This document shows, in pieces, positions 40,169 through 53,285 of a DNA stretch of 64,000 nt (positions within the stretch are counted from its first letter, which is position 1; every line of letters starts with the position of its first letter). The notes under the pieces were generated by a model. That model saw nothing but the letters and a program-made list of their open reading frames with translations, had not been told where the DNA came from and searched no databases. The position numbers and the translations under genes were made by a program. This DNA is from Macrostomum lignano (taxonomy: Eukaryota). The stretch is taken from the NCBI GenBank assembly GCA_002269645.1, contig NIVC01002201.1, forward strand, positions 202,277 to 266,276. The letters run 5' to 3'.

Positions 40169-40312
40169 GTCTGTGTGTCTGTCTGTTTGCCTGTCTGTCT
40201 GTCTGTCTCTCTGTCTGTGTGTCTGTCTGTTTGCCTGTCTGTCTGTCTGTCTGTCTGTGTGTCTGTCTGCCTGTCTGTCTGTCTCTCTCTCTCTGTCTGT
40301 CTGTCTGTCTGC
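40020..40312. repeat. (TCTG)n microsatellite just 3' of the robo stop codon
   Basis: Direct reading. Confidence 0.93.
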
Positions 40313-41629
40313 ACTGACCACTCCAGATCATCAGGCGCAGGCCGAGCCTGCTCAACAGAATCTCTTCTCATTAAAGACAAGACTCGCTATCCCTATTCGC
40401 TCTCAGCTGTCTCTGTGTAAAAATGTCATAGCGCTTTTAGTTTTAAATTTGTCTGTATTATTGTAAAATCATTTCTATAATTTCTTTAAGAAATCGAAAG
40501 TTGCTACAAGCAATGCAGGTTTGCTAGTGGCTTCTAATTATTATATATTGTAGTATAAATAACTGATTCAATATTATTTTACCCAACTCAACGACTTGTG
40601 TCTCATTTTCACTCAACTTCGTTTTTGCTTCTCAATTTGCATATTTTATTCGTCACGTTCTAATTTTTCTACTCTAAGTAGGAAAAAAGTGTATTTGTGT
40701 TTTATTTTCTCACTGTTGATTATTTGGTCCAAAAATGGATTCATTTTTGTTTTAATTAAAACTGTTTCTGTATGTATGAGGGATTTTAATAAATTAACAA
40801 AATAATAGTACAAAATGTGGCATTTTTTCTAATGGCATTGAAATTCCGGACTTGACCACGTCTTGTTTTATTGGTTGGCTAGTCAAATTTACTATAAATA
40901 ATAATTAATATGATTGTATGCAAACTGCAAGTGTCTGTACAATTTTTATTAGAATCTCAAACCTTATTGCTAGCCATCAGCTGGACCTTAATTGTTATTT
41001 TTTGTCCGCAACCACAACTGCAACCTATAACTCAATGCTCTTCTTGTGTAAAAGTCATCCTTGGCTTTTTTATTGTCTTTGTCATTTTTGCCTGCTCCGG
41101 AGTATCTGAGAATGTTGAAATTCTTTGTACATAAATCAATATAAAAACTGCATTGACTTTTAACTTGTTTATTAATGTGAAATAATATTCCTAATCGTCT
41201 GCTTTTAGTAGCTTATAAATTGCAGTATGCATATATATATAGCTCTTTGTTTATTCAATATTGCAAGACACATGTAGCTAGCTTTGTTATACTATTAACT
41301 TTGGTGGTATTTTAGTAATAATTATATTGTTCTACTGTTATTAAAACTACTAGTTTTATTGTGCTTCAAGTAACAAGGATATTGCAGAGATTAAGAATAT
41401 ATTTGCTTTTCTGATGCGAACAAAATCTTTTTAGCTTTATAAAAATATGTCCTTAGTGTACTTTTTCAGTGTCGCATACACAGTAGCGAATGCAATGCTG
41501 GTTTACTATTGTCAAAAATATACTCATTTATATGTGCATCTCAGACTTGGGCTATGCTAAGCCAGTGAAACAGTAACATGGTTTCTTTCTTTGTTGATTT
41601 TTGTTAAAAATAAAGCCATCCGATAGTGA

Positions 41630-44576
41630 AGAATCGCTCATCCAATATTCAATAATCGCCCATAAGATATTCAAGAATCGCTCATAAGATATTCAAGAAT
41701 CGCTCATAAGATATTAAATAATCGCCCATAAGATATTCAAGAATCGGCCATAAGATATTGAAGAATCGGCCATAAGATATTGAAGAATCGGCCATAAGAT
41801 ATTGAAGAATCGGCCATAAGATATTGAAGAATCGGCCATAAGATATTGAAGAATCGGCCATAAGATATTCAAGAATCGCCCATAAGATATTCAAGAATCG
41901 CCCATAAGATATTCAAGAATCGGCCATAAGATATTCAATAATCGGCCATAAGATATTGAAGAATCGGCCATAAGATATTCAAGAATCGGCCATAAGATAT
42001 TGAAGAATCGCCCATAAGATATTGAAGAATCGGCCATAAGATATTGAAGAATCGCCCATAAAATATTGAAGAATCGGCCATAAGATATTGAAGAATCGCC
42101 CATAAGATATTGAAGAATCGGCCATAAGATATTGAAGAATCGCCCATAAGATATTCAAGAATCGCCCATAAGATATTGAAGAATCGGCCATAAGATATTG
42201 AAGAATCGCCCATAAAATATTGAAGAATCGGCCATAAGATATTGAAGAATCGCCCATAAGATATTGAAGAATCGGCCATAAGATATTGAAGAATCGCCCA
42301 TAAGATATTGAAGAATCGCCCATAAAATATTGAAGAATCGGCCATAAGATATTGAAGAATCGCCCATAAGATATTGAAGAATCGGCCATAAGATATTGAA
42401 GAATCGCCCATAAAATATTGAAGAATCGGCCATAAGATATTGAAGAATCGCCATAAGATATTCAAGAATCGCCCATAAAATACTGAAGAATCGCCCATAA
42501 GATATTCAAGAATCGGCCATAAGATATTGAAGAATCGGCCATAAGATATTGAAGAATCGGCCATAAGATATTGAAGAATCGGCCATAAGATATTCAAGAA
42601 TCGCCCATAAGATATTCAAGAATCGCCCATAAGATATTCAAGAATCGGCCATAAGATATTCAATAATCGGCCATAAGATATTGAAGAATCGGCCATAAGA
42701 TATTGAAGAATCGCCCATAAGATATTCAAGAATCGGCCATAAGATATTGAAGAATCGCCCATAAGATATTGAAGAATCGGCCATAAGATATTGAAGAATC
42801 GCCCATAAGATATTGAAGAATCGCCCATAAGATATTGAAGAATCGCCTATAAGATATTGAAGAATCGGCCATAAGATATTGAAGAATCGCTCATAAGATA
42901 TTCAAGAATCGCCCATAAGATATTGAAGAATCGGCCATAAGATATTGAAGAATCGCCCATAAGATATTGAAGAATCGGCCATAAGATATTGAAGAATCGC
43001 CCATAAGATATTGAAGAATCGGCCATAAGATATTGAAGAATCGCTCATAAGATATTGAAGAATCGCCCATAAGATATTGAAGAATCGCCCATAAGATATT
43101 GAAGAATCGCCTATAAGATATTGAAGAATCGCCCATAAGATATTGAAGAATCGCCTATAAGATATTGAAGAATCGGCCATAAGATATTGAAGAATCGCCT
43201 ATAAGATATTCAAGAATCGCCCATAAGATATTGAAGAATCGCCCATAAGATATTGAAGAATCGGCCATAAGATATTGAAGAATCGCCCATAAGATATTGA
43301 AGAATCGGCCATAAGATATTGAAGAATCGCCCATAAAATATTGAAGAATCGGCCATAAGATATTGAAGAATCGCCCATAAGATATTGAAGAATCGCCCAT
43401 AAGATATTGAAGAATCGCCCATAAAATATTGAAGAATCGCCTATAAGATATTGAAGAATCGCCCATAAGATATTGAAGAATCGCCCATAAGATATTGAAG
43501 AATCGCCTATAAGATATTGAAGAATCGGCCATAAGATATTGAAGAATCGCCATAAGATATTCAAGAATCGCCCATAAAATACTGAAGAATCGCCCATAAG
43601 ATATTCAAGAATCGGCCATAAGATATTGAAGAATCGGCCATAAGATATTGAAGAATCGCCCATAAGATATTCAAGAATCGCACATAAGATATTCAAGAAT
43701 CGCCCATAAAATATTGAAGAATCGGCCATAAGATATTGAAGAATCGCCCATAAGATATTGAAGAATCGGCCATAAGATATTGAAGAATCGCCCATAAGAT
43801 ATTCAAGAATCGCCCATAAGATATTGAAGAATCGGCCATAAGATATTGAAGAATCGCCCATAAGATATTGAAGAATCGGCCATAAGATATTGAAGAATCG
43901 CCCATAAGATATTGAAGAATCGGCCATAAGATATTGAAGAATCGCCCATAAGATATTGAAGAATCGGCCATAAGATATTGAAGAATCGGCCATAAGATAT
44001 TGAAGAATCGCCCATAAGATATTGAAGAATCGCCCATAAGATATTGAAGAATCGCCCATAAAATATTGAAGAATCGGCCATAAGATATTGAAGAATCGCC
44101 CATAAAATATTGAAGAATCGGCCATAAGATATTGAAGAATCGCCATAAGATATTCAAGAATCGCCCATAAAATACTGAAGAATCGCCCATAAGATATTCA
44201 AGAATCGGCCATAAGATATTGAAGAATCGGCCATAAGATATTGAAGAATCGCCCATAAGATATTCAAGAATCGCACATAAGATATTCAAGAATCGCCCAT
44301 AAAATATTGAAGAATCGGCCATAAGATATTGAAGAATCGCCCATAAGATATTGAAGAATCGGCCATAAGATATTGAAGAATCGCCCATAAGATATTCAAG
44401 AATCGCCCATAAGATATTGAAGAATCGGCCATAAGATATTGAAGAATCGCCCATAAGATATTGAAGAATCGGCCATAAGATATTGAAGAATCGGCCATAA
44501 GATATTGAAGAATCGGCCATAAGATATTGAAGAATCGGCCATAAGATATTGAAGAATCGCCCATAAGATATTGAAA
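41630..44576. repeat. 22-bp satellite (AAGATATTGAAGAATCG(G/C)CCAT), about 134 units
   Basis: Direct reading; 22-aa period in the ORF track. Confidence 0.97.
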
Positions 44577-45046
44577 ATGCATGTATAAAAGTACTATGGC
44601 ATGCTTCAGTCAATTGTGCTCATACACAATATTTTAGAATGATAGATATTTTGCAGGTATTTTGCAGAAAATTAACAAATTGGCCAGCATAGCGATTACA
44701 TAAAAGAAACAAAAAATTGTTCAACTTTGTAGGCTTTATCAAAATTTATAAGTAGACTGTTAGATGTCCGAGCTTGTACTGTGCATGAACATGTTCTAGT
44801 GTTATTACGAGTACTGCGAATTAGAAAATGTAATAACACTAATTGATCTCTGAATGTAATATTAATAAAAAATATGCAATTGCCAGAAGACAGCAAGAGT
44901 ATTTTCAAACGGTTAAATTCAATCATATTTAACTAGGCTTATCAAATTTCATCTAAGCTTATCATACTGACACTTACAAACCCTAGAAGTAGTCATTTTA
45001 CTGGACTATTAGAAATTTTTACATTAGTTAGTTACAGAATAAGGAT

Positions 45047-45850
45047 CGAAATCATGAGAGTCGCCCTCGAAATCACCGGTGATGAGAGAATCGCCCTGGA
45101 AATCATCAGTGATGAGAGAATCGCACTGGAAATCATCAGTGATGAGAGAGTCGCCCTGGAAATCATCAGTGATGAGAGAATCGCACTGGAAATCACCGGT
45201 GATGAGAGAATCGCCCTGGAAATCACCGGTGATGAGAGAATCGCACTGGAAATCATCAGTGATGAGAGAGTCGCCCTGGAAATCATCAGTGATGAGAGAA
45301 TCGCACTGGAAATCACCGGTGATGAGAGAATCGCCCTGGAAATCACCGGTGATGAGAGAATCGCACTGGAAATCATCAGTGATGAGAGAGTCGCCCTCGA
45401 AATCACCGGTGATGAGAGAATCGCACTGGAAATCACCGGTGATGAGAGAATCGCCCTGGAAATCACCGGTGATGAGAGAATCGCACTGGAAATCATCAGT
45501 GATGAGAGAATCGCCCTGGAAATCACCGGTGATGAGAGAATCGCACTGGAAATCACCGGTGATGAGAGAATCGCCCTGGAAATCACCGGTGATGAGAGAA
45601 TCGCCCTGGAAATCACCGGTGATAAGAGAATCACCCCGGAAATCATCAATAATGAGAGAATCACCCTGGAAATCACCGGTGATGAGAGAATCGCCCTGGA
45701 AATCACCGGTGATGAGAGAATTACCCTGGAAATCACCGGTGATGAGAGAATCACCCTGGAAATCACCGGTGATGAGAGAATCACCCTGGAAATCACCGGT
45801 GATGAGAGAATCGCCCTGGAAATCACCGGTGATGAGAGAATCACCCCGAT
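45047..45850. repeat. 30-bp minisatellite (GAAATCACCGGTGATGAGAGAATCGCCCTG), about 27 units
   Basis: Direct reading; each unit has the 12-bp palindrome ATCACCGGTGAT or its ATCATCAGTGAT variant. Confidence 0.96.
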
Positions 45851-45865
45851 AGCCTCGGTCACTGC

Positions 45866-48800
45866 TCAACAGCCATCCACAAACGCAGTCATGAGTCGCA
45901 GAGTAACCCTGCCGTGCTCGCCGTCCGAGTTGCCTCCTTCAACCTCTTGACAGCTGCCGCCGGCGCCGCAGTAGGAGCCGCCGCCGCCGCCTCCGTGATA
46001 GCGGTTAACCCCGGCGCCCCCGCCGCTGAAGCCGCCGCCAGCGCCTCCGGCTCCGTAGTTGTCAGCAGCGCCACCACCTCCGCCGCCGCCGAAGCCTCCG
46101 TTGCCGCCGTTACCGACGCCACCGACGCCGCCGACGCCGCCGACCCAGCCGTCGGCCAGACCGTCGCCTCGTTCGCCGTCGCGAGTGCCTCGCCTCGGGT
46201 TGACGGCCCGGCCCAGCCAGCCGGCGCCGCAGCCGCCGTGAGTCTGCCTTGATGGAGTGTCTCCAGGAGTGTTCTGGCCAGGGTGTCCGTTGTAACCTCC
46301 AGTTCCTCTGGTGTTGTCGTACACGGAAGATGCTGATGAGCGGCCTCCATTAGCTGTACTTCTGCCTGGCGCACCTGCATTTCAGTATTGGAGGGAACTG
46401 TGGATGATGAATGAGAATCTGAGAATCATTGATGAGAATCTATTGAGAATCATCGATGAGAATCTATTAAGAATCATCGATGAGAATCTATTGAGAATCA
46501 TCGATTAGAATCTATTAAGAATCATCGATGAGAATCTATTGAGAATCATCGATGAGAATCTATTGAGAATCATCGATAAGAATCTATTGAGAATCATCGA
46601 TGAGAATTTATTGAGAATCATCGATTAGAATCTATTAAGAATCATCGATGAGAATCTATTGAGAATCATCGATAAGAATCTATTGAGAATCATCGATGAG
46701 AATCTATTGAGAATCATCAATGAGAATTTATTGAGTATCATGGATAAGAATCTATTGAGAATCATTGATGAGAATCTATTGAGAATCATTGATGAGAATC
46801 TATTGAGAATCATGGATGAGAAGCTATTGAGAATCTATTGATAATCATGAATGAGAATCTATTGAGTATCATGGATGAGAATCTATTGAGAATCATTGAT
46901 GAGAATCTATTGAGAATCATGGATGAGAATCTATTCAAAATCATCGATGAGAATCTATTCAGTATCATGAATCAGAATCTATTGAGTATCATGGATGAGA
47001 ATCTATTGAGAATCATTGATGAGAATCTATTGAGAATCATGGATGAGAATCTATTCAAAATCATTGATGAGAATCTATTCAGTATCATGAATGAGAATCT
47101 ATTGAGTATCATGGATGAGAATCTATTGAGTATCATGGATGAGAATCTATTGAGTATCATGGATGAGAATCTATTGAGAATCTATTGAGTATAATGGATG
47201 AGAATCTATTGAGAATCATTGATGAGAATCTATTGAGAATCATGGATGAGAATCTATTGAGAATCATGGATGAGAAGCTATTAAGAATCATTGATGAGAA
47301 TCTACTGAGAATTATGGATAAATGGATGAGAATCTATTGTGAATCATGAATAAGAATCTATTGAGAATCATTGATGAGAATCTACTGAGAATCATTGATG
47401 AGAATCTATTGAAAATCACGGATGAGAATTTATTGAGCATCATGGATGAGAATCTATTGAGAATCATGGATGAGAATCTATTGAGAATCATTGATGAGAA
47501 TCTATTCAGAATCATGGATAAGAATCTAATCAGAATCATGGATGAGAATCTACTGAGTATCACAGATGAGAATCTATTAAGAATCATTGATGACAAAACT
47601 ATTGATAATCATGAATGAGAATATATTGAGAATCATGAATGAGAATCTATTTAGAATCATGGATGAGAATCTATTGAGAATTATGGATTAATGGATGAGA
47701 ATATGTTGAGAATCACGGATGAGAATTTATTGAGTATCATGGAAAATAATCTATTGAGAATAATTGATAAGAATCTATTCAGAATCATGAATGAGAATCT
47801 ATTGAGAATCATTGATGAGAATCTATTCAGAATCATGGATGAGAATCTATTGAGAATTATGGATTAATGGATGAGAATATGTTGAGAATCACGGATGAGA
47901 ATTTATTGAGTATCATGGAAAATAATCTATTGAGAATAATTGATGAGAATCTATTGAGAATAATTGATAAGAATCTATTCAGAATCATGAATGACAATCT
48001 ATTGAGAATCATTGATGAGAATCTATTGAGAATCATGGATGAGAATCTATTGAGAATTATGGATTAATGGATGAGAATATGTTGAGAATCACGGATGAGA
48101 ATTTATTGAGTATCATGGATAAGAATCTATTGAGAATCATGGATGAGAGTCTATTCAGAATCATGGATGAGAATCTATTGAGAATCATGGATGAGAATCT
48201 ATTGAGAATCATGGATGAGAATCTATTGAGAATCATGGATGAGAATCTATTGAGAATCATGGATGAGAATCTATTCAGAATCATGGATGAGAATCTATTT
48301 AGAATCATGGATGAGAATCTATTGAGTATCACAGATGATAATCTATTAAGAATCATGGATGAGAATCTTTTGAGAATCATTAATGAGAATCTATTGAGAA
48401 TCATGGATGAGAATCTACTGAGAATCATGGATGAGTATCATGGATGAGAATCAATTGAGAATCATTGATGAGAATCTATTGAGAATCATGGATGAGAATC
48501 ATTGATGAGAATCTATTGAGAATCATGGATGAGAATCTATTGAGTATCATGGATAAGAATCTATTGAGAATCATGGATGAGAATCTATTGAGAATTATGG
48601 ATGAGAATCTATTGAGAATTATGGATGAGAATCTATTCAGAATCATGGATGAGAATCTATTGAGAATCATGGATGAGAATCTACTGAGAATCATGGATGA
48701 GAATCAATTGAGAATCATTGATGAGAATCTATTGAGAATCATGGATGAGAATCTACTGAGAATCATGGATGAGAATCATTGATGAGAATCTATTGAGAAT

Positions 48801-51647
48801 CATGGATGAGAATCTATTGAGTATCATGGATGAGAATCTATTGAGTATCATGGATAAGAATCTATTGAGAATCATGGATGAGAATCTATTGAGAATTATG
48901 GATAAGAATCTATTCAGAATCATGGATGAGAATCTATTGAGAATCTACTGAGAATCATGGATGAGAATCTATTGAGTATCATGGATAAGAATCTATTGAG
49001 AATCATGGATGAGAATCTATTCAGAATCATGGATGAGAGTCTATTCAGAATCATAGATTAGAACCGATTGAGAATGAGAATCCTGGATGAGAATCTATTG
49101 AGAATTATGGATCATGGACTACTATAATACATAGAAAAACGGGCTCACCACTGTGTGCATGAGAGGCGCCGCCGCCTCCTCCAGCCGCAGCCAGCAGATA
49201 ATTATCGCCAGTCCGATAGACGAAGCTGCCTCCGCCGCCTCCTGCTCCAGCCTTGCCCGAGCTGGAACTGTCCACACTGCTGCCCGCCTGTCCAACAACC
49301 ACGGCTAGCCGAGTGCCCGCTGTCAGGTTGAAATTGCCTCTGACGGTGGCGCCCCGACCTCCGGCATGATTTCTGATTGGATTGTCGCCGCCTTTGGCGC
49401 CAGCCGCCGCGATGCGGTAGCAGCCAGTGACGCCGATTAGCGAGTATTGAATGAATCCGGCTGGATATTCGGGTTCGAGATTTGGGATCTTGAATGGGTC
49501 TGATGGAGACCGTCAGGAGTGTTTTGTAGAGGCTGTCAGGAGTGTTTAGTTGGTGTCAGGAGTTTTTATTTGGGGTGTCAGGAGTGTTTTTGGGGTGTCA
49601 GGAGTGTTTAGTTGGGGTGTCAGGATTGTCAAGATGGGGTGTCAGGAGTGCAAAGTTATGGTGTCGATCAGGAGAGCCAACAGCTGACTCAACAATCAAA
49701 ATTAAAAGCAGCAACTACTTACGGTCAGAGAACTGAAAAGTAATCACTATTGCTTCGCCCTTGACCCAAACAGTGACGTCATCAGCTTGGCTGGTCAATA
49801 TTGGTTGCAGAGCAGTGAGTCTGCTTTCGGCTAGGGCAGAACTTCCCGGAGCAGTCACTGCCATAACCAGCTGACAAGAAGTCAAAGCACTCTGCCCAGA
49901 GGTTGCAGCCAAGAAGCAAGCGCTTGCAGTTTTGCAGCGAATCAGACAGTCAATGTCAGAGAGGGCGGTAAATTTTTCAACTGCACCTGCGGCTGCCATC
50001 GCCTGGTTAGTGAGATTGAAACCGGTCAGTGACTTGATGTCAGTGAATTCTGTAGAACTCACAATAGACGGTGTCGCGAGTCTGATGACTGGAAAAATTG
50101 AGAATTATACAAGATATTTCTTTTCATACCTTATTCTTTTGTTCTTAGCTTGACTTGTGCGATGTAGCAGCAGGTCATGTGACAGACTGTGTGGCTGTTG
50201 AAACAGGTCATGTGACAGACTGTGTGCTGTTGAAACAGGTCATGTGACAGACTGTGTGCTGTTGAAACAGGTCATGTGATAGACTGTGTGCTGTTGAAAC
50301 AGGTCATGTGACAGACTGTGTGCTGTTGAAACAGGTCATGTGACAGACTGTGTGCTGTTGAAACAGGTCATGTGACAGACTGTGTGCTGTTGAAACAGGT
50401 CATGTGATAGACTGTGTGCTGTTGAAACAGGTCATGTGACAGACTGTGTGGCTGTTGAAACAGGTCATGTGACAGGCTGTGTGGCTGTTGAAACAGGTCA
50501 TGTGACAGACTGTGTGGCTGTTGAAACAGGTCATGTGATAGACTGTGTGCTGTTGAAACAGGTCATGTGACAGACTGTGTGCTGTTGAAGCAGGTCATGT
50601 GACAGACTGTGTGCTGTTGAAACAGGTCATGTGACAGACTGTGTGGCTGTTGAAGCAGGTCATGTGACAGACTGTGTGCTGTTGAAGCAGGTCATGTGAC
50701 AGACTGTGTGCTGTTGAAGCAGGTCATGTGACAGACTGTGTGCTGTTGAAGCAGGTCATGTGACAGACTGTGTGGCTGTTGAAACAGGTCATGTGACAGA
50801 CTGTGTGCTGTTGAAGCAGGTCATGTGACAGACTGTGTGGCTGTTAAAACAGGTCATGTGACAGACTGTGTGCTGTTGAAGCAGGTCATGTGACAGACTG
50901 TGTGGCTGTTGAAGCAGGTCATGTGACAGACTGTGTGCTGTTGAAACAGGTCATGTGACAGACTGTGTGCTGTTGAAGCAGGTCATGTGACAGACTGTGT
51001 GCTGTTGAAGCAGGTCATGTGACAGACTGTGTGCTGTTGAAACAGGTCATGTGACAGACTGTGTGGCTGTTGAAACAGGTCATGTGACAGACTGTGTGCC
51101 GTTGCTTCAGGTCATGTGACAGACTGTGTGCTGTAGCAGCAGGTCATGTGACAGACTGTGCGATGTAGCAGCAGGTCATGTGACAGACTGTGTGCTGTTG
51201 AAGCAGGTCATGTGACAGACTGTGTGCTGTTGAAACAGGTCATGTGACAGACTGTGTGGCTGTTGAAACATGTCATGTGATAGACTGTGTGCTGCTGAAA
51301 CAGGTCATGTGACAGACTGTGTGCTGTTGAAGCAGGTCATGTGACAGACTGTGTGCTGTAGCAGCAGGTCATGTGACAGACTGTGTGCTGTAGCAGCAGG
51401 TCATGTGACAGACTGTGTGCTGTAGCAGCAGGTCATGTGACAGACTGTGTGCTGTAGCAGCAGGTCATGTGACAGACTGTGTGCTGTAGCAGCAGGTCAT
51501 GTGACAGACTGTGTGCTGTAGCAGCAGGTCATGTGACAGACTGTGTGCTGTAGCAGCAGGTCATGTGACAGACTGTGTGCTGGTGCAGCAGGTCAAGTGT
51601 GATAGGAAACGCTTACCATTTGCAGCAATAATTAAGTAGAAGAGCAT
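45866..51647 (-). CDS. Secreted PAN/apple-like + ALK/LTK-type glycine-rich domain protein, 418 aa, 4 exons
   Basis: Exons on -: 51647-51617 (MLFYLIIAAN, G|gtaagc), 50088-49723 (tttttccag|, C|gtaagt), 49499-49149 (ctccatcag|, G|gtgagc), 46374-45866 (aaatgcag|, TGA). All introns are phase 1; total 1257 nt. Exon 2 has C-x3-C-x5-C-x13-C-x-L (CLIRCKTASAC...CQL). Exons 3-4 carry GCYRIAAAGAKGG, GGRGATVRGNFNL...VVVGQAG, GGGGGSFVY, LLAAAGGGGGA, GGFGGGGGGG, GGAGGGFSGG, GGGGGSYC and HGRVTL, the motif order of the ALK/LTK glycine-rich domain. Confidence 0.85.
46405..49115. repeat. 24-bp satellite (GATGAGAATCTATTGAGAATCATG), about 113 units, filling intron 3 of the PAN-GRD gene
   Basis: Direct reading; the unit is a dimer of a TGAGAATC 12-mer. 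Confidence 0.96.
49505..49650. repeat. Short degenerate (GGTGTCAGGAGTGTTT..) repeat in PAN-GRD intron 2
   Basis: TGTCAGGAGT recurs several times. Confidence 0.8.
50150..51595. repeat. 32/33-bp minisatellite (CAGGTCATGTGACAGACTGTGTGCTGTTGAAA), about 45 units, in PAN-GRD intron 1
   Basis: Direct reading. Confidence 0.96.
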
Positions 51648-52036
51648 GACTTCGGCAACCAATTTCTCCAATTTTATTTCACTAACCTTGCCAATGGTTA
51701 CAGAAATGGTTGCGTGAATCAGTCACGGATCCTGACAAATTTATAGTAAACATGATTTTTCGACGAGAACCAATCCATTTTAACAGCAGTTGAAGTGTCA
51801 GTCAAAGCATTCTTGGAAAATGAAGCACAAGAAAAATCAACATTGTTTGAAGAGGACCTAAAAAACCCGTTCATATGAGCGTAAATAAATGAATTCACAC
51901 GTCTGAGAGCTCTTCTCCGCGATTTTAATTGCCTGAGCACCACTCAGTCTCAAAAAAGATGATTGAGAAATTTTCATCTTAATAAAATCGTTTTTCTATT
52001 CTTTGTTGACTTTTTCAAGTGCTAAGCTTCTGCTAG

Positions 52037-52754
<718 letters not shown>

Positions 52755-53285
52755 GTGCTCAAAGGCGTGTGTGCTCAAATCCAGCTCAGAGTTTTTGATT
52801 GACAAAACGTACCATATCAAAAATACACTGGCAATTAGCAAAGCTAAGCTTTATTACTCCGGAGAGATAAGTGCGAGTACTTGGTAACTCGGATTATAGA
52901 AAGTCAAACTGAAGTAAGGCACATGGGACCCCCGAGAGAGATAAACAGTTGAAGCCAGATGAATAAAGATTTGTTTAGCTTACTCTGGCCTTGCCAGTAA
53001 TAAGCACGAGCTATAGGCTGCAGCACTGGACGCGTGGGCATGAACTCTAGACATTAAGGTTCGAGAGAGACTCAGAGCTTCGAAAGCGCGTGAGAAACGC
53101 AGTTAAATAGTCGGATTTCAGTCCAACAGAGCCTGTTAGTGGCTGACCTTTCCCAGCTATTTAACTTTTGTACCCCCCCTGCGGCTGTATAGATGTTGGA
53201 GGGGACAACATATACCTTAGCAACCAGCTATAGTTGACCCTATTTAGCAGCTCACTGCTAAAGCCACAGACTACAGCTGAGAGTC

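Noticed and set aside
45054-45950. 298-aa ([10 protein letters not shown])n ORF on + with an ATG
   Set aside because: The 30-bp unit is open in several frames; only about a third of variant types are third-position (no sign of selection); it overlaps the PAN-GRD last exon antisense.
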